64,000 nucleotides of DNA. It comes from Eledone cirrhosa. Taxonomy: Eukaryota. Below, in pieces: positions 1-14,600 of this stretch; position 1 is the stretch's first letter, and each line of letters opens with the position of its first letter. The stretch covers positions 91,202,001 through 91,266,000 of the forward strand of contig OZ024743.1 in assembly GCA_964016885.1 (NCBI GenBank). Direction: 5' to 3'. The notes below the pieces were generated by a model. It saw only the letters and a program-made list of their open reading frames with translations, was not told the DNA's origin and made no database searches. A program made the position numbers and the translations under genes.

Positions 1-1446
1 TGGCCTTATTTCTCATGTAATACATTGAATGTGATTCAATTAATTTTGAAAATAATCAAATATTTGAAGAGTTTTAGTCGTCATCATCATCATTTATCGT
101 CTGTTTTCCCTGCTAGTAAGGGTTGGACGGGTCGTCACAGATTAAGTCAGTACTCGAGTGGAGCCTGCATCTCGCTTACATACGTTCCCGCATTCTGCCG
201 GATGGTTAGACGGAGCGGGGGCCCGCATCTCATTTTCACACAACCCTACGTTCTACAAATCATTTCATCGTAGCACCAGCACTATGGAGGATGTGATGTC
301 TTTGGCACAACTGAAGAGTTCTCTTGGTTCTTTGGTTAGCGAAAACAACTTTTTCATTAAGTTGGACAGTTTTATTACAGAACCAGAAGCAGTTTCGTGT
401 GTGAAAAGGGTTAATTGTGGACACAAAAGCTTACAATCAAATGCTGACTAAAGCCAATGAAGGTATGTTACTGAAAGGGCTGGGGACGCATAGAATATAA
501 CTAAGTACGACCCTCTCACACACAGATAGATGTTTATGTTGGAACCACCATCGATTCTGACGATGAGTGTTCCAGTTATTCAAACAACGGAACAGCCTGG
601 TGGTGAAATTAACGTTCCAGTGGCTGAGCATTACACAAATACATGTATCCTTAAGGTAGTTCCCAAGGAGACTCGGCGTGACAACGCTAGAACTTTGAAT
701 TACAAATGCAACTCCTGTTTACCAACTATATGGGATGGAGCAAAGTGAAATAAAGCGTCTTGCTCAAGGACACAACACGCCGCCACGAATTGAGCTCACG
801 ACTATGAACTCAACACCTTGACCACAAAGCCAAGCGATTTCACTTAAAATAGAGCCAAACAAACGGCGCACACAAATAGTTAACATACTCCTATAAGGCA
901 TCCAAGATATAAATGGAATTAAAATAGGATAAAAAAAAGGACGCATTGAATAATATAATTCAAGGTACATTGCTTGAAATAAAGACGAGATGGTTACAAC
1001 TAGAAAGCTTTTGATCACAAGCTGGTTCTGTCAGCACACACCTGTTATTAATATCATGGCGGAGTTTTAGATGCGTTATTATTATTTAGCTCTCTTGTTT
1101 AGGTTTGATCTAAAAAAACTGAATTACAACAAACTTACAATGGGGTAGTGAATTAGCGAACTAAATGCCTAAGATACATTTTAAAAAAGTATCAGTCATG
1201 AACTAAAGTAGATATTATCGACTTAACACCTACGATACAAAAATTGACCTTCTAATTAGTATAAAACACACACATATATATTTATCCTCCAGCATGTGTG
1301 ACCTTTGGTTCTTTTGGCCTTAGAAAAATGAACTTAGAAATGGAGACAGTGATGTTCACATCTTTTCTAAGGGCAATAGCAGAAAAGCAAGTGAATTTAT
1401 ATAGTCAAAATTGGGTCTAGGGTTCAGACCATTGCCCTGTACTTAC

Positions 1447-1552
1447 CTGCATAAATTGGTCGGTTCTTAAATATATTATGTGCAACAGCCGTCAGAACGC
1501 CAGCAGCCGCCATTCCAGCCTCTTCTACACCTAAATCCAAGATACCCTTCAT
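1447..1552 (-). CDS. Probable first coding exon of an unidentified gene divergent from POLR1E (rest lies left of/outside window)
   Basis: ATG at 1552 with an upstream in-frame stop; reads MKGILDLGVEEAGMAAAGVLTAVAHNIFKNRPIYA+G, then a strong donor CAG|GTAAGT at 1446; GC/CpG-richer than flanks. Product not recognised. Confidence 0.55.
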
Positions 1553-2597
1553 GTTTTTAGTAAGGGAGACCGAAGGGTGTGAATAAAACAAAACGGGAGC
1601 CCCACTAAAAGTCTGCCGTCCTCCAAAAAAGTTGATGCGCGACCTCCACCGAGACAGAGGAAATACAAATATTTACTTCAGTACAGCAGGACCACAGATA
1701 CACAGCGGATGTGATGTGGATGTTATTATGGTCGTTATTTAGTCTTTTCTAATTATTAATAAAAGTAAAATAGTCAATGTGGGAGCTAATATTTATAAAT
1801 TTGTAATATATATATATATACATAATAAAGTAGATATTTTATTTGTGTAACTTAATCATTAAGTATTTCAACTGTCTATTCTACTGACGTTGTCTGTTAG
1901 CTTTTGTTTACTTTTATATAAAAATCTTTTTTTTAACCTAACAATTAGAATATTGTTATTTATTGTTGATATAACTATAAATTGGTTAAACATACAGAAA
2001 AAGAAAGGATTATAAATGCTATAAATGAGGGGGGAAATTGACCCCCAAAATCAAATCACCTTTGCACTTAAATGTATCAATTATTCCGTATACCAGTGTT
2101 TCGTGGGTTCCACAAAATAAATGTCCTTTAATAATATTAAAAAAGTGCCTTTTAGCTAAAATCAATGTGTAATTTTTAAAATCATTTGTTATCTTATTTT
2201 TTTATTTGAATAAATCCTCTCTCTAAAGCAATTTTTATTTTATTTAACGCTTTATTAAAATTTGGGTGACGGGGATTGTCCATAATATATATATATAGAT
2301 ACGGTTTCTGTGATTTTTAGAAAAATTCGCATCAAAATAAGTATGGGAATCACTGATGTATACAAACGAACAAATATACATAGATATGTGTATATTTGGG
2401 AGTACATCTGTTCGTGATATTAGTTTATATATATCTTTGGACGGTGAATAAATGTCTAATTAGTATCAAATTAATTTTCTTTTTCTTTCGTACAAGTAAT
2501 CTATTGAAACTTTGTCTCTTATCAACATTATCCAACAAATAATTCTGTTAAGTTCCTCCCCTGATGTGGTTCAGTATTAAACCCGAACGTTAAGCCT

Positions 2598-2620
2598 GAC
2601 TTCCGCTAATTACACACGTG
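2598..2620 (+). promoter_or_regulatory. ETS-like ACTTCCG and E-box CACGTG just upstream of POLR1E ATG
   Basis: gacttccg at 2598-2605 and cacgtg at 2615-2620, 16-38 nt before the ATG at 2636; motif match only. Confidence 0.35.
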
Positions 2621-2635
2621 TTTAAATGTAACAAA

Positions 2636-2675
2636 ATGTTTGAAGTAGAAGACGAACGTCCAACAGTAACAATTG
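2636..2675 (+). CDS. POLR1E: POLR1E exon 1
   Basis: MFEVEDERPTVTI, donor G|GTAAG, phase 1 matches exon 2. Confidence 0.8.
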
Positions 2676-5600
2676 GTAAGTTATTTATATTTCTATCACC
2701 TTATACTTTTTATTTTCTGGGAAAACACAACAATGATTTTCCTCAACCTTATTATTTATCTTGTTTGATTACAAATATTTTGCGTATAAAGTTTTTGGTA
2801 TTCTTTTCTTTCAGTGACAATTCACCATACCGTGATTGTAAACATGATCACTCGATCTGCTAGAATTAGCAATCGATTTTCTCTTTAAATATCTTAGAAC
2901 TTTTTTTTATTCACAATTATATAAATAACATTACAAATTATTTATAATTCTTACAGAAGGAAAATATATACAAATAATATATGCAATACTTAACAAATAT
3001 ATAAGATTAAACAAAACGACCATCAATTCACCAAGTGCGACAATCGGCTGCACATCACAGCATGAGGGTCAACGGAACATTTTGAGGCAAGCCAACAAGC
3101 TCGCAATATTACCACGGATGATTTCCAACGATTTGGTATAAAAAATATTCAGAGTCATCCTTCGTTTTAAGATCACAGACAGGCTGTAATTTATATCTTA
3201 TAAAATGTATCTCTGTCAAAATATACATTATTAAGGAAGTTATGAGGAAACAAAATGAGGTTGGGGCACTAAACTAGTTATGCATATGTAATGTATATTG
3301 TACAAGCTATCAACCACTCTTCTGGATCTTTCATGGGGTTAGAAAAGGCTTATATTATGTTTTATTTTATTGTTATTATTGGCACCTACTGCATACAATG
3401 TCTTCCTTTCCTGTTAGTCTGCCTAAGCAGCTAAGATTATAATCATATGTACATTTACTTATCTCTAATGTGTGTGTCTGCTCTTTAGTCAAGTCAATAA
3501 CTGGTAACTTCCATAGTGCTGGTGCCACAATAAAATACACCTAGTACACTCTGTAAAGTAGTTAGTGTTAGGAAGGGTACACCACCATAGAAACCATGCC
3601 AAAAGAGCTGAGATGACTCTTCAGTCACGTCAGATATAACAAAGTCTCTAGTACTGGTGCCATGATAAAACATACCCAGTATACCCTGTAAAATGGTTGA
3701 TGTGAGAAAGGGCTTCCAACCATAGAAAACTTGCCAATCATAGTGTTGAGAAGGCTATTTAGTTGTGTCATGTACACGACAACTTCTCCAGTGTTGATGC
3801 TACAATCAAATGCTCCCAGTATAGGAATATATGTAAGATGTGGCCCCTGGCTTCTCTGATTTAGTGCTTATACGGTCTGTGACAACTTATTCAACTTATG
3901 TTAGCATGGAAAGCAAACATTAAACAATGATTTGTAAATCTAACTACAAACAGATGTACTTTGAATGTACAGCTCTTCTTTGCCCACTAATTCCTGAGAG
4001 GGTTGTGGGGTCAGAGTCCTCAAACACTCCTTCCAGTGAGTCAAATGTACAGATAATTATTTTATTTATTTATTCTCACAGCCACTTTTTCCCATGGAAA
4101 ACTTAAGAAAAAAAAGCATAAGAAAATTAAATTTCTATCTTATCAACAAAACCAGAATCAGAATGAGAAAAGGAAAAGGATTTTGGTAAGTTATTTTCAA
4201 GTGAATTATTTAATCTGTTGTTACTTGATTTTAAGGTATTATGGAGTAGATCAGAGATATGTGACCCAGCACTGAATTATAATAATAATAATGAAAATTA
4301 TTGTGTACAGTGCTCAGGTGCACAACAACTCATCAAAGGTGCATGTATAGTACATAGAATAATGTACAAATATCAGGAAAGTGAACAGTGTATGAGTCAT
4401 AAGACACACAGATACACCCATGTGTGTGTGTGTGTGGAGGGGGAATATCAGGTGTAGTGTTGGCGAATTTCAGGAAGCATCAAAGTTTTGAAGGATGCAG
4501 TGTGCTGACAGCTAACAACTGATGCAGGTAGCTTGTTCCATGCTTCAGCAACTCTGAGCATGAAAAAATGTTTTAGGCACTTAATCCTTTTGATACTGTA
4601 TTTCTAATGAAAGACACTGTCTATGGTTTTCAAATAACTTTGAAAGTAATCAAGAATTTAAAAGGGTTAACTCTTTTAATACAATCCTGCCCCAAATCGA
4701 CTCTTGTGCTATGAAGCAAAATCACAAATTTTCAATGCTTCCAATTTAAATTAAAATCTTCCAGTGTAATTTTATATCAGAATTATATCTTAAATTGCTA
4801 TCTTATAATAATGAAATAATTAATATTTTTAATAAATCTCTCAAAATTTAACTGCCAAGCTATATATATATATTTTTTTAATTGTCGTGTCAAAGGGTCT
4901 GTAGAGTTCATGGACACAGTCCTTTCTTAATGATCAAACTAAAAAAAATTAAATCTTAACATCCTGTAATGATTTAGCAGAAAATATCTAAAAATGTGTT
5001 TGCTAATTTGAATGTTCATAGTATCTTTATTAGTGGACAGATCGTTGCGAACATTTACAGTATCGTAGTAAAGACATCAGTTTTTAATGCTATATTGGTA
5101 CCAACTTCAAGAGTGACTTTACACAGACTCCATTCATCATTACCATCATTATCATATCCACTTTTCAATGCTGGTTTTTGATGGGATGGTTTGAGATAAT
5201 GTTTTACAGCCAGACGCCCTTCTTGATTTTAACCCTTTTAGTCACCTCTTATGACATGCAGAAACTCCATTAGTTCCAGTTATTTCAAGACTAAATCATT
5301 AACTTTCCAGGTTGGTAAAACTGACTCAATAAGCTATGTTGGAGCTAACTTCAACGCTGTCAAATCTGACTATTCCGAAATGTACAAGTGAGTGCAGCAT
5401 CTTATATTCTTTTATTCTTTCACTTGTTTCAGTTGTTTCAGTTATTAGACTATGGCCATACTGGGGCATTGGGTTGAAGGGATTTATTCTATCATATAAG
5501 TTAGGCATTCAACTGTAGAAAACATGCTAGACAAATGGTTGGGAGGGCTCCAGTTGTGTCAAGGCATGACAACCTGCCAGTGTCGGTGATTTACATGATA

Positions 5601-8600
5601 AACTCACCCAGTACAGTGGTTGGTGATGCATCAAGTTGTAGAAATCTTGGCAAACAAAGGCTTGGGAGGACCCTCAGTTGTGTCAAGGTTATGGCAATCT
5701 CTCTTGAGTCCTCAATGGAATATGAGACTGTACATAAGTGCAAAGGTCCCTGGTTTGCTTGGGAGATCAGTGGCTCTGCTTCAGGATGGACTTGGTATAT
5801 ATAGAGCTGTCCAACCCTTGCTAGTAGGGAAAGTGGACATTAAAATGACAATAATGATATCAACCCCAGTATTCTTTTGTCAAACTGCTAGGTTACAGGA
5901 CATAAACAAATATTTGGTTTGGTTTCACTTGTGCCTTATTCTCCTTGAGATTAATAAAATGTATACCAGTTATATACTGTGATTGATTATATTGACTGTC
6001 TCTCTCATACACATTTTTTGTCTTGTGTTCTAGCAAAGGCAACCTGTATAGGAGAGTTGTAACTGTAAAAAAAACTGTTACAGTGTAGAGGGTACACTTA
6101 TGTCCTGATAGACAACTCCAGTGCTTGTGGCACGATAGAATGTACCCAGTCCATGTTGTAAAGTGTTTAGTGATAGGAAAAACATCCAGCCAGAAAAAAT
6201 AGCTTAACTCTCAATATTTATGTTCAACCTATGCAAGCATGGAAAAATGGATGTAAAATGGAGATAATTCAGTATCGGTAGAGCGTCAGACATCATGCTT
6301 TGCAACATAGAGTTATGACCCTTTATCTTCTGGGTTCAAATCCACCGAGGTTAACTTTGCTTTTCATTCTTACAGGGTCTATAAAATAAAGTACCAGTAA
6401 CGCATGGAGGCACATGGCTTAGTGGTTAGAACATTGGCCTTGCAATCGAAAGGTTGTGAGTTCAATTCTCAGGCCGGGTGATGTGTTGTTTCCTTGAGCA
6501 AGACACTTTATTTCACATTGCTCCAGTTTACTCAGCTGTAGAAATGAGATGATAGAGACACCAGTCCTTATCATTCCACTGCAAAGTGGTTGTGGAGGTG
6601 CCACAGCAAAAAAGCATCCAGCCCACACTGTAAAGTGGACGAGTAGGCGCCACGGAAAAAAAGCACCCAGCACTCACTGTAAATGAGGTTGGTGTTAGGA
6701 AGGGCATCCAACTGTAGAAATCAAGCCAGAATCAGTTCCCGTCCCACCCTTGCAAGCAGGGAAAAGTGGACGTAAAATGATGATGATATATTTGATTTGA
6801 TAACACACTGGGATCGATTTAATTAACTTCCCTTCTTTCCAAATTATTGGCCTTGTGCCTAAATCAGAAACCATTATTATTCAGGCGGTGAATTGGCAGT
6901 ATCGGTGGAGGGTCGGACGCCATGTTTTCCAGCATAGTTACGTCCCTTTACGATCTGAGTTCAAATCCCGCTGAGGTTGACTTTGCCTTTCATCCTTGCG
7001 GGGTCGATAAAATAAAGTACCAGTAATGCACTGTGATAATTGCTGGCCTTGTGCCTAAAGTAGAAACGATTATTATTTAGGGAGGTGGATTGGCAGTATC
7101 GGTAGAAGGTCTGACGTTATGCTTTGCAGCAAAGAGTTACGCCCCTTTATGGTTTTGATTTCAAATCCCGCCGAGGTTAACTTTGCCTTTCATCCTTACG
7201 GGGTCGATAAAATAAAGTACCAGTAATGTATTGGGTTATTGCTGGCCTTGTGCCAAAAGTAGAAACAATTATTATTTAGGGAAGTAGATTGACAGTATCA
7301 GTCGAGTGTCACACAAAAGGCTTTGCTGTATTTAGTTGCAAATTTCTATGTTCTGAGTTCAAATCCTGTTGGGATCAATGTTACCTTTCATCCTTCTGGC
7401 GTCAGTAAAATAAAGTACCAGTTAAGTACTGGGGTTGATATAATCAACTTTTCCTCTCCAAATTACTGACCTGGTGCTTAAATTAGAAAGCATTAACATT
7501 AGAATTATTATCATTAACATCATCATTATACATGTTTTCCATGCTGGCATTATCCAAGACAAGACATGGCTTGATAGCCACATCTTGTTCATATGTTCCA
7601 TATTTTGGCATGGTTTATATAGCTGGATGCCCTTCCTAATGTTAACCTCTTTACAGAGTCCATTAGGTGCACTTTGTTGTGTTGCCCACACTACCACTTT
7701 ACAGAATGTACTGGGAGCATTTAATTGTGTTGCCCACACTACCACTTTACAGAATGTACTGGGTGCATTTTGTTGTGGTGTCAGGACTACTTTACAAAGC
7801 TGTTCTTTATGGAGCTTTTATACAGACCAAAACAAAACCTATATACTTTCCAACTCAATTTTATACTCGCAATATCTTTTCCTTTTCTTCTCCTTTTTGT
7901 TACAATATTTCTAATGAAAGACACCACATATGGTTTACAAATTATTTTGAAAATCATCAAGAATTTGGAGGGAGTTTAGTAATATAACTAACTATCTCAT
8001 TGCTATCTTGTGTATGGAACAAAACTTAACAAAGGTTCTCATAAAAATTATGATGAAAGTTTCTTTAGATGAATATAAACACTTGAAAATGAACAGTTTT
8101 GTATCAGAATCAGGAGTTGTTTGAGAAGGTTTAATAAGAAAGGGTCTAAAATTGGAGGGGTGAGTCATCAAAAATTTGGAGGATTTAACCATCTTGTAAT
8201 ATTATGCTTTTCTTTTGCAGGCATTATATTGGTATTTTAAACAAAACTACCGGGAAAATGCAAATATGTGATGTGGATTTATTTAATTTGCATCCTAAGT
8301 TTCCAGGTAACTTACTTGAATTTATTGAACTACAAAACCATAATATTCAACACTTCAGGACCATATTTCTATTTCTAAGACCATTAATATTTAACACTTC
8401 ATGACCATATTTCTATTTCTAAACTTTATTATTTAACTACAAGACCATTAATATTTAACACTTCATGACCATATTTCTATTTCTAAACTTTATTATTTAA
8501 CTACAAGACCATTAATATTTAACACTTCATGACCATATTTCTATTTCTAAACTTTATTATTTAACTACAAGACCATTAATATTTAATACTTCATGACCAT

Positions 8601-11600
8601 ATTTCTATTTCAAACCTTAGAAAATACAGAACTAAAGGAATCTTAAAACATTTTTTACACTAAAACACCTGGTTCTATGAGACAACACTTTAAATCAAAA
8701 TAATTTTTGTTAATCCTTTTGTGACCATATTTCTAATTAAATACACTCTATTTCTATTAATGAATATATATGATGCCAAAAAGATAAAAAGTCAAGAACT
8801 ACTTTAGACCTAAAGAGTTGAAGTTGGTGACACTCTTTACAATCATCATCATTGTCATCATTTAATGTCCATTTTCCACGCTATCTTGGGTTAGACAGGT
8901 TGCCCTGTTGTGAGACAAGTCAGATCCGATGACCATGACTTGCTGATACAGGATTGGTTTTGGCTTGGTTTCTACAACTGGATGCCCTTCCTAACACCAA
9001 CCACATTTACAGTGTGTGCTGGGTGATTTTTGTCGTGACACCTACACAACCACTTTACAGTGTGGACTGGGTGATTTTTGTCGTGACACCTACACAACCA
9101 CTTTACAGTGTGGACTGGATGCATTCTGTCGTGACACCTACACAACCACCTTACAGTGTGGAGTGGGTGCATTTTGTCGTGACACCTACACAACCACTTT
9201 ACAATGTGGACTGGGTGCTTTTTGTCATGACACCTACACAACCACTTTACAATGTAGATTGGATGCTTTTTGTCGTGACACCTACACAACCACCTTACAG
9301 TGTGGACTGGGTGCTTTTTGTCATGACACCTACACAACCACCTTACAGTGTGGACTGGACGCGTTCTGTCGTGACACCTATACAACCACTTTACAATATC
9401 AACTGGGTACTTTTTGTCGTGGCACCTACATGACCACTTTACAGTGTTGGCTGGGTTGCGAGTCCAACAAATGCATTCAACCCTCATATATGAGGCAGTA
9501 CATCTGTATAGGTTACAAACAGTCCAGCTGACATTAACCCTTTGATACCAAGCTGACTCTGTTTCTATGAAACAAAACCATCTAAGGAGTTCCTATTTAA
9601 ATAAAAATCTTTCAACGTAATTTTATATAAGAGCCATACGTTATGTTACTATCTTTTTAATGAAATAAATTATAATTTTAGCAAATCCTTCAAAATTCTT
9701 CATTAATTCATTGAAATAGAGTGTATTTCATGAGGAATATGATCATGAAAGTGTTACTAATGTTCCTAAATAAAATTATGATGGAAGATTTCTTGGGTTT
9801 TAATGATACGGGGCCAAAGTACTATAATGAAAAGCAATGTAAAATGAAGTGTCTTGTTCAAGAATACAATGCACTACCTTTTCCAGGAATCAGTCATGAC
9901 CTTATGATCATGTGTCCAATACCTAAACTACTGAACTGCATTCCTTCACAATTACATCAATTACTCTCAGGTCCCCAATAATAGGGGCTGTTTGAATAAG
10001 CGGTGGGGGTAATTGTATAGTGTACGTTCGCAAATATGGGATTTCTTGTAATGTTCTTTTTTTTTGTCATATATAATGTCTTTTTAATGTAAAATAAAAT
10101 TATTATTAGATTCTCCAGCTGCTGTATCAGTATGAATCACCTACAATAACATTTTGCCGAAGATTAACAAAATTTAATAAGTGGCGGTGGTGGGAGTGGA
10201 GCGATTATTCAAGACCTGAGTAATCAATAAAAGGGTTAACGGATTGTGTCCTGTTACTAGAAATGTGCCGTTGACTCTGACAAAGATATCTGACACTTAA
10301 AATAAAATGTGGGTTGATGTTGAGGAAGGCATCTGGGTCTTAGAAAAACTGCCTTAAGAAGTTTCAGCCAACCTATGCAATTATGGAAAGACTTACATAA
10401 TAACTATGACAAAGGTTATGATGATGATGTTTATATAATATCTAGTACTGGTGCTGTGATAAAATGCACCCACTGCAATTTGTAAAGTGATAGTGCTGGT
10501 GCCACAATAAAATACACCCAGTATCCTCTGTAAAGTGGTAGCACTGATGCCATGAGGAAATTCAACAATTACACACTGAAAAGTGGCAGTGCCGGTTCCA
10601 CAATAAAATGCACTCAGTATACCCTGTAATGTGCTAGTGCTGATGCCACAATAAAATGCACCCAATACACCCTGTAATCAGCTAGTGCTGGTGCCACAAT
10701 AAAATGTACTCAGTACACCCTGTAAGGTGGTTGATGTTAGAAAGAGCATCCAACCATAGAAATCATGCCAAATATGGTACCTTTGAGCAAATGAAGGCTC
10801 TCCCATTTGTCTAGTCTCAGCCTGACAATCTGTCCAATCCATGACTGCATGTAAAGTGAATATAAAAGGATGATTATGTTATTTAACCCTTTCATGACCA
10901 TATTTCTAATGAAATACAGTCTATTTTAATTAATTAATGAAGACTTTTGAAGGATTTACCAACATTATTAATTGTTTCATTACTAAGATAGTAACTTAAG
11001 ATATAGTTCTTATATAAAATTATGTTGGAAGATATTAATTTAAATTGGAAACCTTTAAAATGGGTGATTTTATTTCATAGAAGTAGAGCTGGTTTTGGCC
11101 AGATTTGTAACTAAAGGTTAACCAATGTGGTTGTTTAATCCTTTAGCATTTAAACCAGCCATATTCGGCCAGAATTCTTTCACCTCTTTCTGTTTGAACC
11201 AGCTGCAACTGGCTGCTGATACTGATGTTAAGGTACTGTTCTCAATATAAATATCAAAATCTCATAAATTGAATATAATGTGAGGTAAAGCCTTTAATAT
11301 GAAAATGCAATAGTATATATAGAGTAATGTAAATGCTAAAGGGTTAAAACAAACTATCAATTATTTCAAAGACTAACAAATCTTTTTTTGATTTCTTAAT
11401 ATTTCAGAAACTGAGAGACAGAATGAAAACATTTCAGATTCTTTAGATTTGTCTTACATGCAACAGGTTTGGAAGTTTTAATTTTTGTTATTAATTAATA
11501 TCATTAAGGGTGGTGGATTGGTAAAATCGTTAGATGAAATGCTTTGCAAAATTTAATTATAGTCCTTTAGATTCTGAGTTCAAATCACGCCAGGGTCAAC

Positions 11601-14600
11601 TTTGCTTGTCACCCTTCTGGAGTTGATAAAATATCATACCAGTTAAGTACTGGGATTGATAAAATAAACTTCCTTTCCCCCAAATTGCTGGCTTTGTGAC
11701 CAATCATCATCATCATCATTTCATTTTACGTCTGCTTTTTGTCTGCTTGCAAGGGTGGGACGGGAACTGATTCTGGCTTGATTTCTACAGCTGGATGCCC
11801 TTCCTAACACCAACCTCATTTACAGTGAGTGCTGGGTGATGTTTTTGCCGTGGCACCTCCACGACCACTTTGCAGTGGTATGATAGGGACCCCGGTCCCT
11901 ATAATCTCATTTCTACATCTGAGTAAACTGGAGCAATGTGAAATAAAGTGTCTTGCTCAAGGAAACAACACATCACCCGGTCTGAGAATTGAACTCACAA
12001 CCTTTTGATTGCAAGGCCAATGCTCTAACCACTAAGCCATGTGCCTCCATGTTAGAAAGAATTATTATTATAAGGGAAAGGTGGATTGGCAGTAATTGGT
12101 AGAGTGTCGGACAACGTGTTTTGAAGCAGAGAGTTTATGGCCCTTTACATTCGCTGAGGTTAATAAAATAAAGTACCAGTAAGGCATTGGGGTCAATTTA
12201 ATTGATTTCCCCTTCCCAAAATTAGAGACCATTATTATGAAGGAAAGGTGAATTAGCAGTATCGGTAGAGGGTCGGACGCCATGCTTTGACGCATAGAGT
12301 TACGGCCTTTGCCATTCTGAGTTCAAATCCCGCCGAGGTTAACTTTGCCTTTCATCCTTACAGGGTCGATAAAATAAAGTACCAGTAATGCACTGGGTAA
12401 TTGCTGGCCTTGTGCCAAAAGAAGAAACAATTATTATGAAGGAAAGGATAATGGATTGACAGTATCTGTCGAGACTTGGACAACATGCTTTGCAGCATAT
12501 AATTTCAAATCCTGCCGAGGTTAGCTTTGCATTTCCTCCTTACAGGGTCAATAAAATTATGTATCAGTATTGAACTGTGGTCGATTTAGTTGACTTTCAC
12601 CTCCCTTTCAAATTGCTGGCCGCGTGTCAAAATTAGGAACAATTATTACAAAGGATTAGAACAGTAGATTGGCAGGATTGTTAGACAGAATGTCTTATGG
12701 TGTTTAGTTACGGCTCATTATGTTCTGAGTTCAAATACGGAGAAGTAGAGAACTGCTGGTGGTTGGGGAGGTGTTTGGAGTGATATAGAATCAACAGTCT
12801 TCAGAAGAACAGAGGAGGACCAACCTCTCCTCTTCTTGGTCATAACTGGTTTGTATCTGGGAAAGTTGTGGAAGACCAGTAGTTATCAATGTTTACCAAC
12901 CTTCCCTCTCCACACCACTGACGCTGTTCAAGGAAGAGACAAAATATGGTACAGCTTGGCATTGCTGTCATTGAAACTCTGAGTTGACTGGACCAACATA
13001 AAGTATGTTGCAAAGAAAGGAGACTTTCTGGTATGGACATGTGATATATGATGAGTATGCATGATGATTGTTGAGTGAAGGAGTACTAAGTGATCCAAAT
13101 GGAAGGAAGCTGCAGTTGAGCAAGACCGAGGTAGGCTTGGGCAGAAGTTATGAGGACTGATCACAAAACACTGAACCTCACAGAAGAGATAACAAGCACA
13201 AAAAATGGAGAAAAGCTATGCTGGACATGTTTTGTCCAAGCCATGCAAGCATAGGAGAACATACATAAAAAATGATGATAATTATATTAAATCTGTACTA
13301 TAATGTTTCTCTGTTTAACATTTTTGTACAGAAACTCAAATTGACAAATACATTTGGCACTGTGGCATCACGACGGTTTATTGATAACTATAAGAAGACT
13401 GTTGTTGAAGGTGCCATGCTGGATGATGCAATAGATGGTGTATTAGAGCGTACTCTGAATGCAGAAAACCAGGCTGATGTGGGTAAGTTGTTATTTTTCT
13501 ATGGCAGTGGAGTTAAGTAAAGTTTTTGATCATCATCATCATCATCATCGTTTAATGCCCATCTTCCATACTAGCATGGGTTAGACATGTAATGTAATGT
13601 ATGAAGCGCCAACACTTGTTGGAGTTGTAGGAGCACTATAGTGACATACGTTGCTTCTTTGGTATTTTAATTCTGGCAGAGCTCACCCCTCTCTAGGTTT
13701 GAATACAGTTGATTTCTTCTAGAGAAGGATAGAGTGTAATACAGAGTATGTAAGAAAGAAATATAGAGAAAGAATTGACCCCAGTACTGGACTGGTACTT
13801 TTTTATCAACTTTCTACAGGATGAAGGGCAAAATTGACCTTGGTGGGATTTGAACTCAGAGAGCAGAGAATCGGAATAAATACCAAGACGTTTTCAATTT
13901 GATGCCCCTAGTACACACTGTAAAGTGGCTGGCATTAGGAAGAGCATCTAATCACAAAGATCATGCTAAAATATGGAACATATGATAAACACATGATTCT
14001 CCAAACTCTCTTGTCTTGGACCATGATGCCCTGTCCAACCCACGCCAGCTTCAAAAACTAACATGAGATGATGATGTATCATTCATGCCTTTTCAGGAGG
14101 GTGGTAGATAGGCAAAATCTTTAGAGTGTCAGCCAAATACTTAGTGGCATTTGTTCCTGTTCTGTACATTCTGAGTTCAAATCCCATTGAGTTCAACTTT
14201 GCCTTTCATCTTTCCAGGATCGATTAAATAAAGTACCAGTCAAAAACTAGGGTTGATAAAATCAACTTTCCCCTAGCCACAAATTACAGGCCTTGTGTCT
14301 AAATTAGAAACTATTATTTTATGATAAAATGTTGTAGTTTGCTCGAAGCATTGTATATAATATATAATGGGGAATGTAGTATATGTAATAAGGCTAAACA
14401 ATGCAAAATATACAGTCAGATGAAGGTAACGAAAAAAGTTAGTTACCTGGTAATCTTTGTTTATTTTTGTTATTGTTTCTTTTGTCCTAATATTTCGGGA
14501 CTTAAAATTCCCTTCCTCAGAGTATAAGGAACTCCCAGAGAAAAAAATGTTCTAGTCTCTTCTCTTTGAAATTAGATTTAAATTTAAAATTTATAAACTG

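Noticed and set aside
158-748. Short ORFs as further exons of the minus-strand gene or a separate gene
   Set aside because: No recognisable domain or convincing splice sites; interleaved with repeat fragments.
6406-6480. tRNA gene
   Set aside because: Has A/B boxes but no proper acceptor stem and continues into a dispersed SINE body present in several copies.
9005-9455. CRISPR-like array or repeat protein ORFs (159-171 aa)
   Set aside because: Contiguous 48-bp tandem units without unique spacers, in a eukaryotic intron; ORFs are a by-product of the periodicity.
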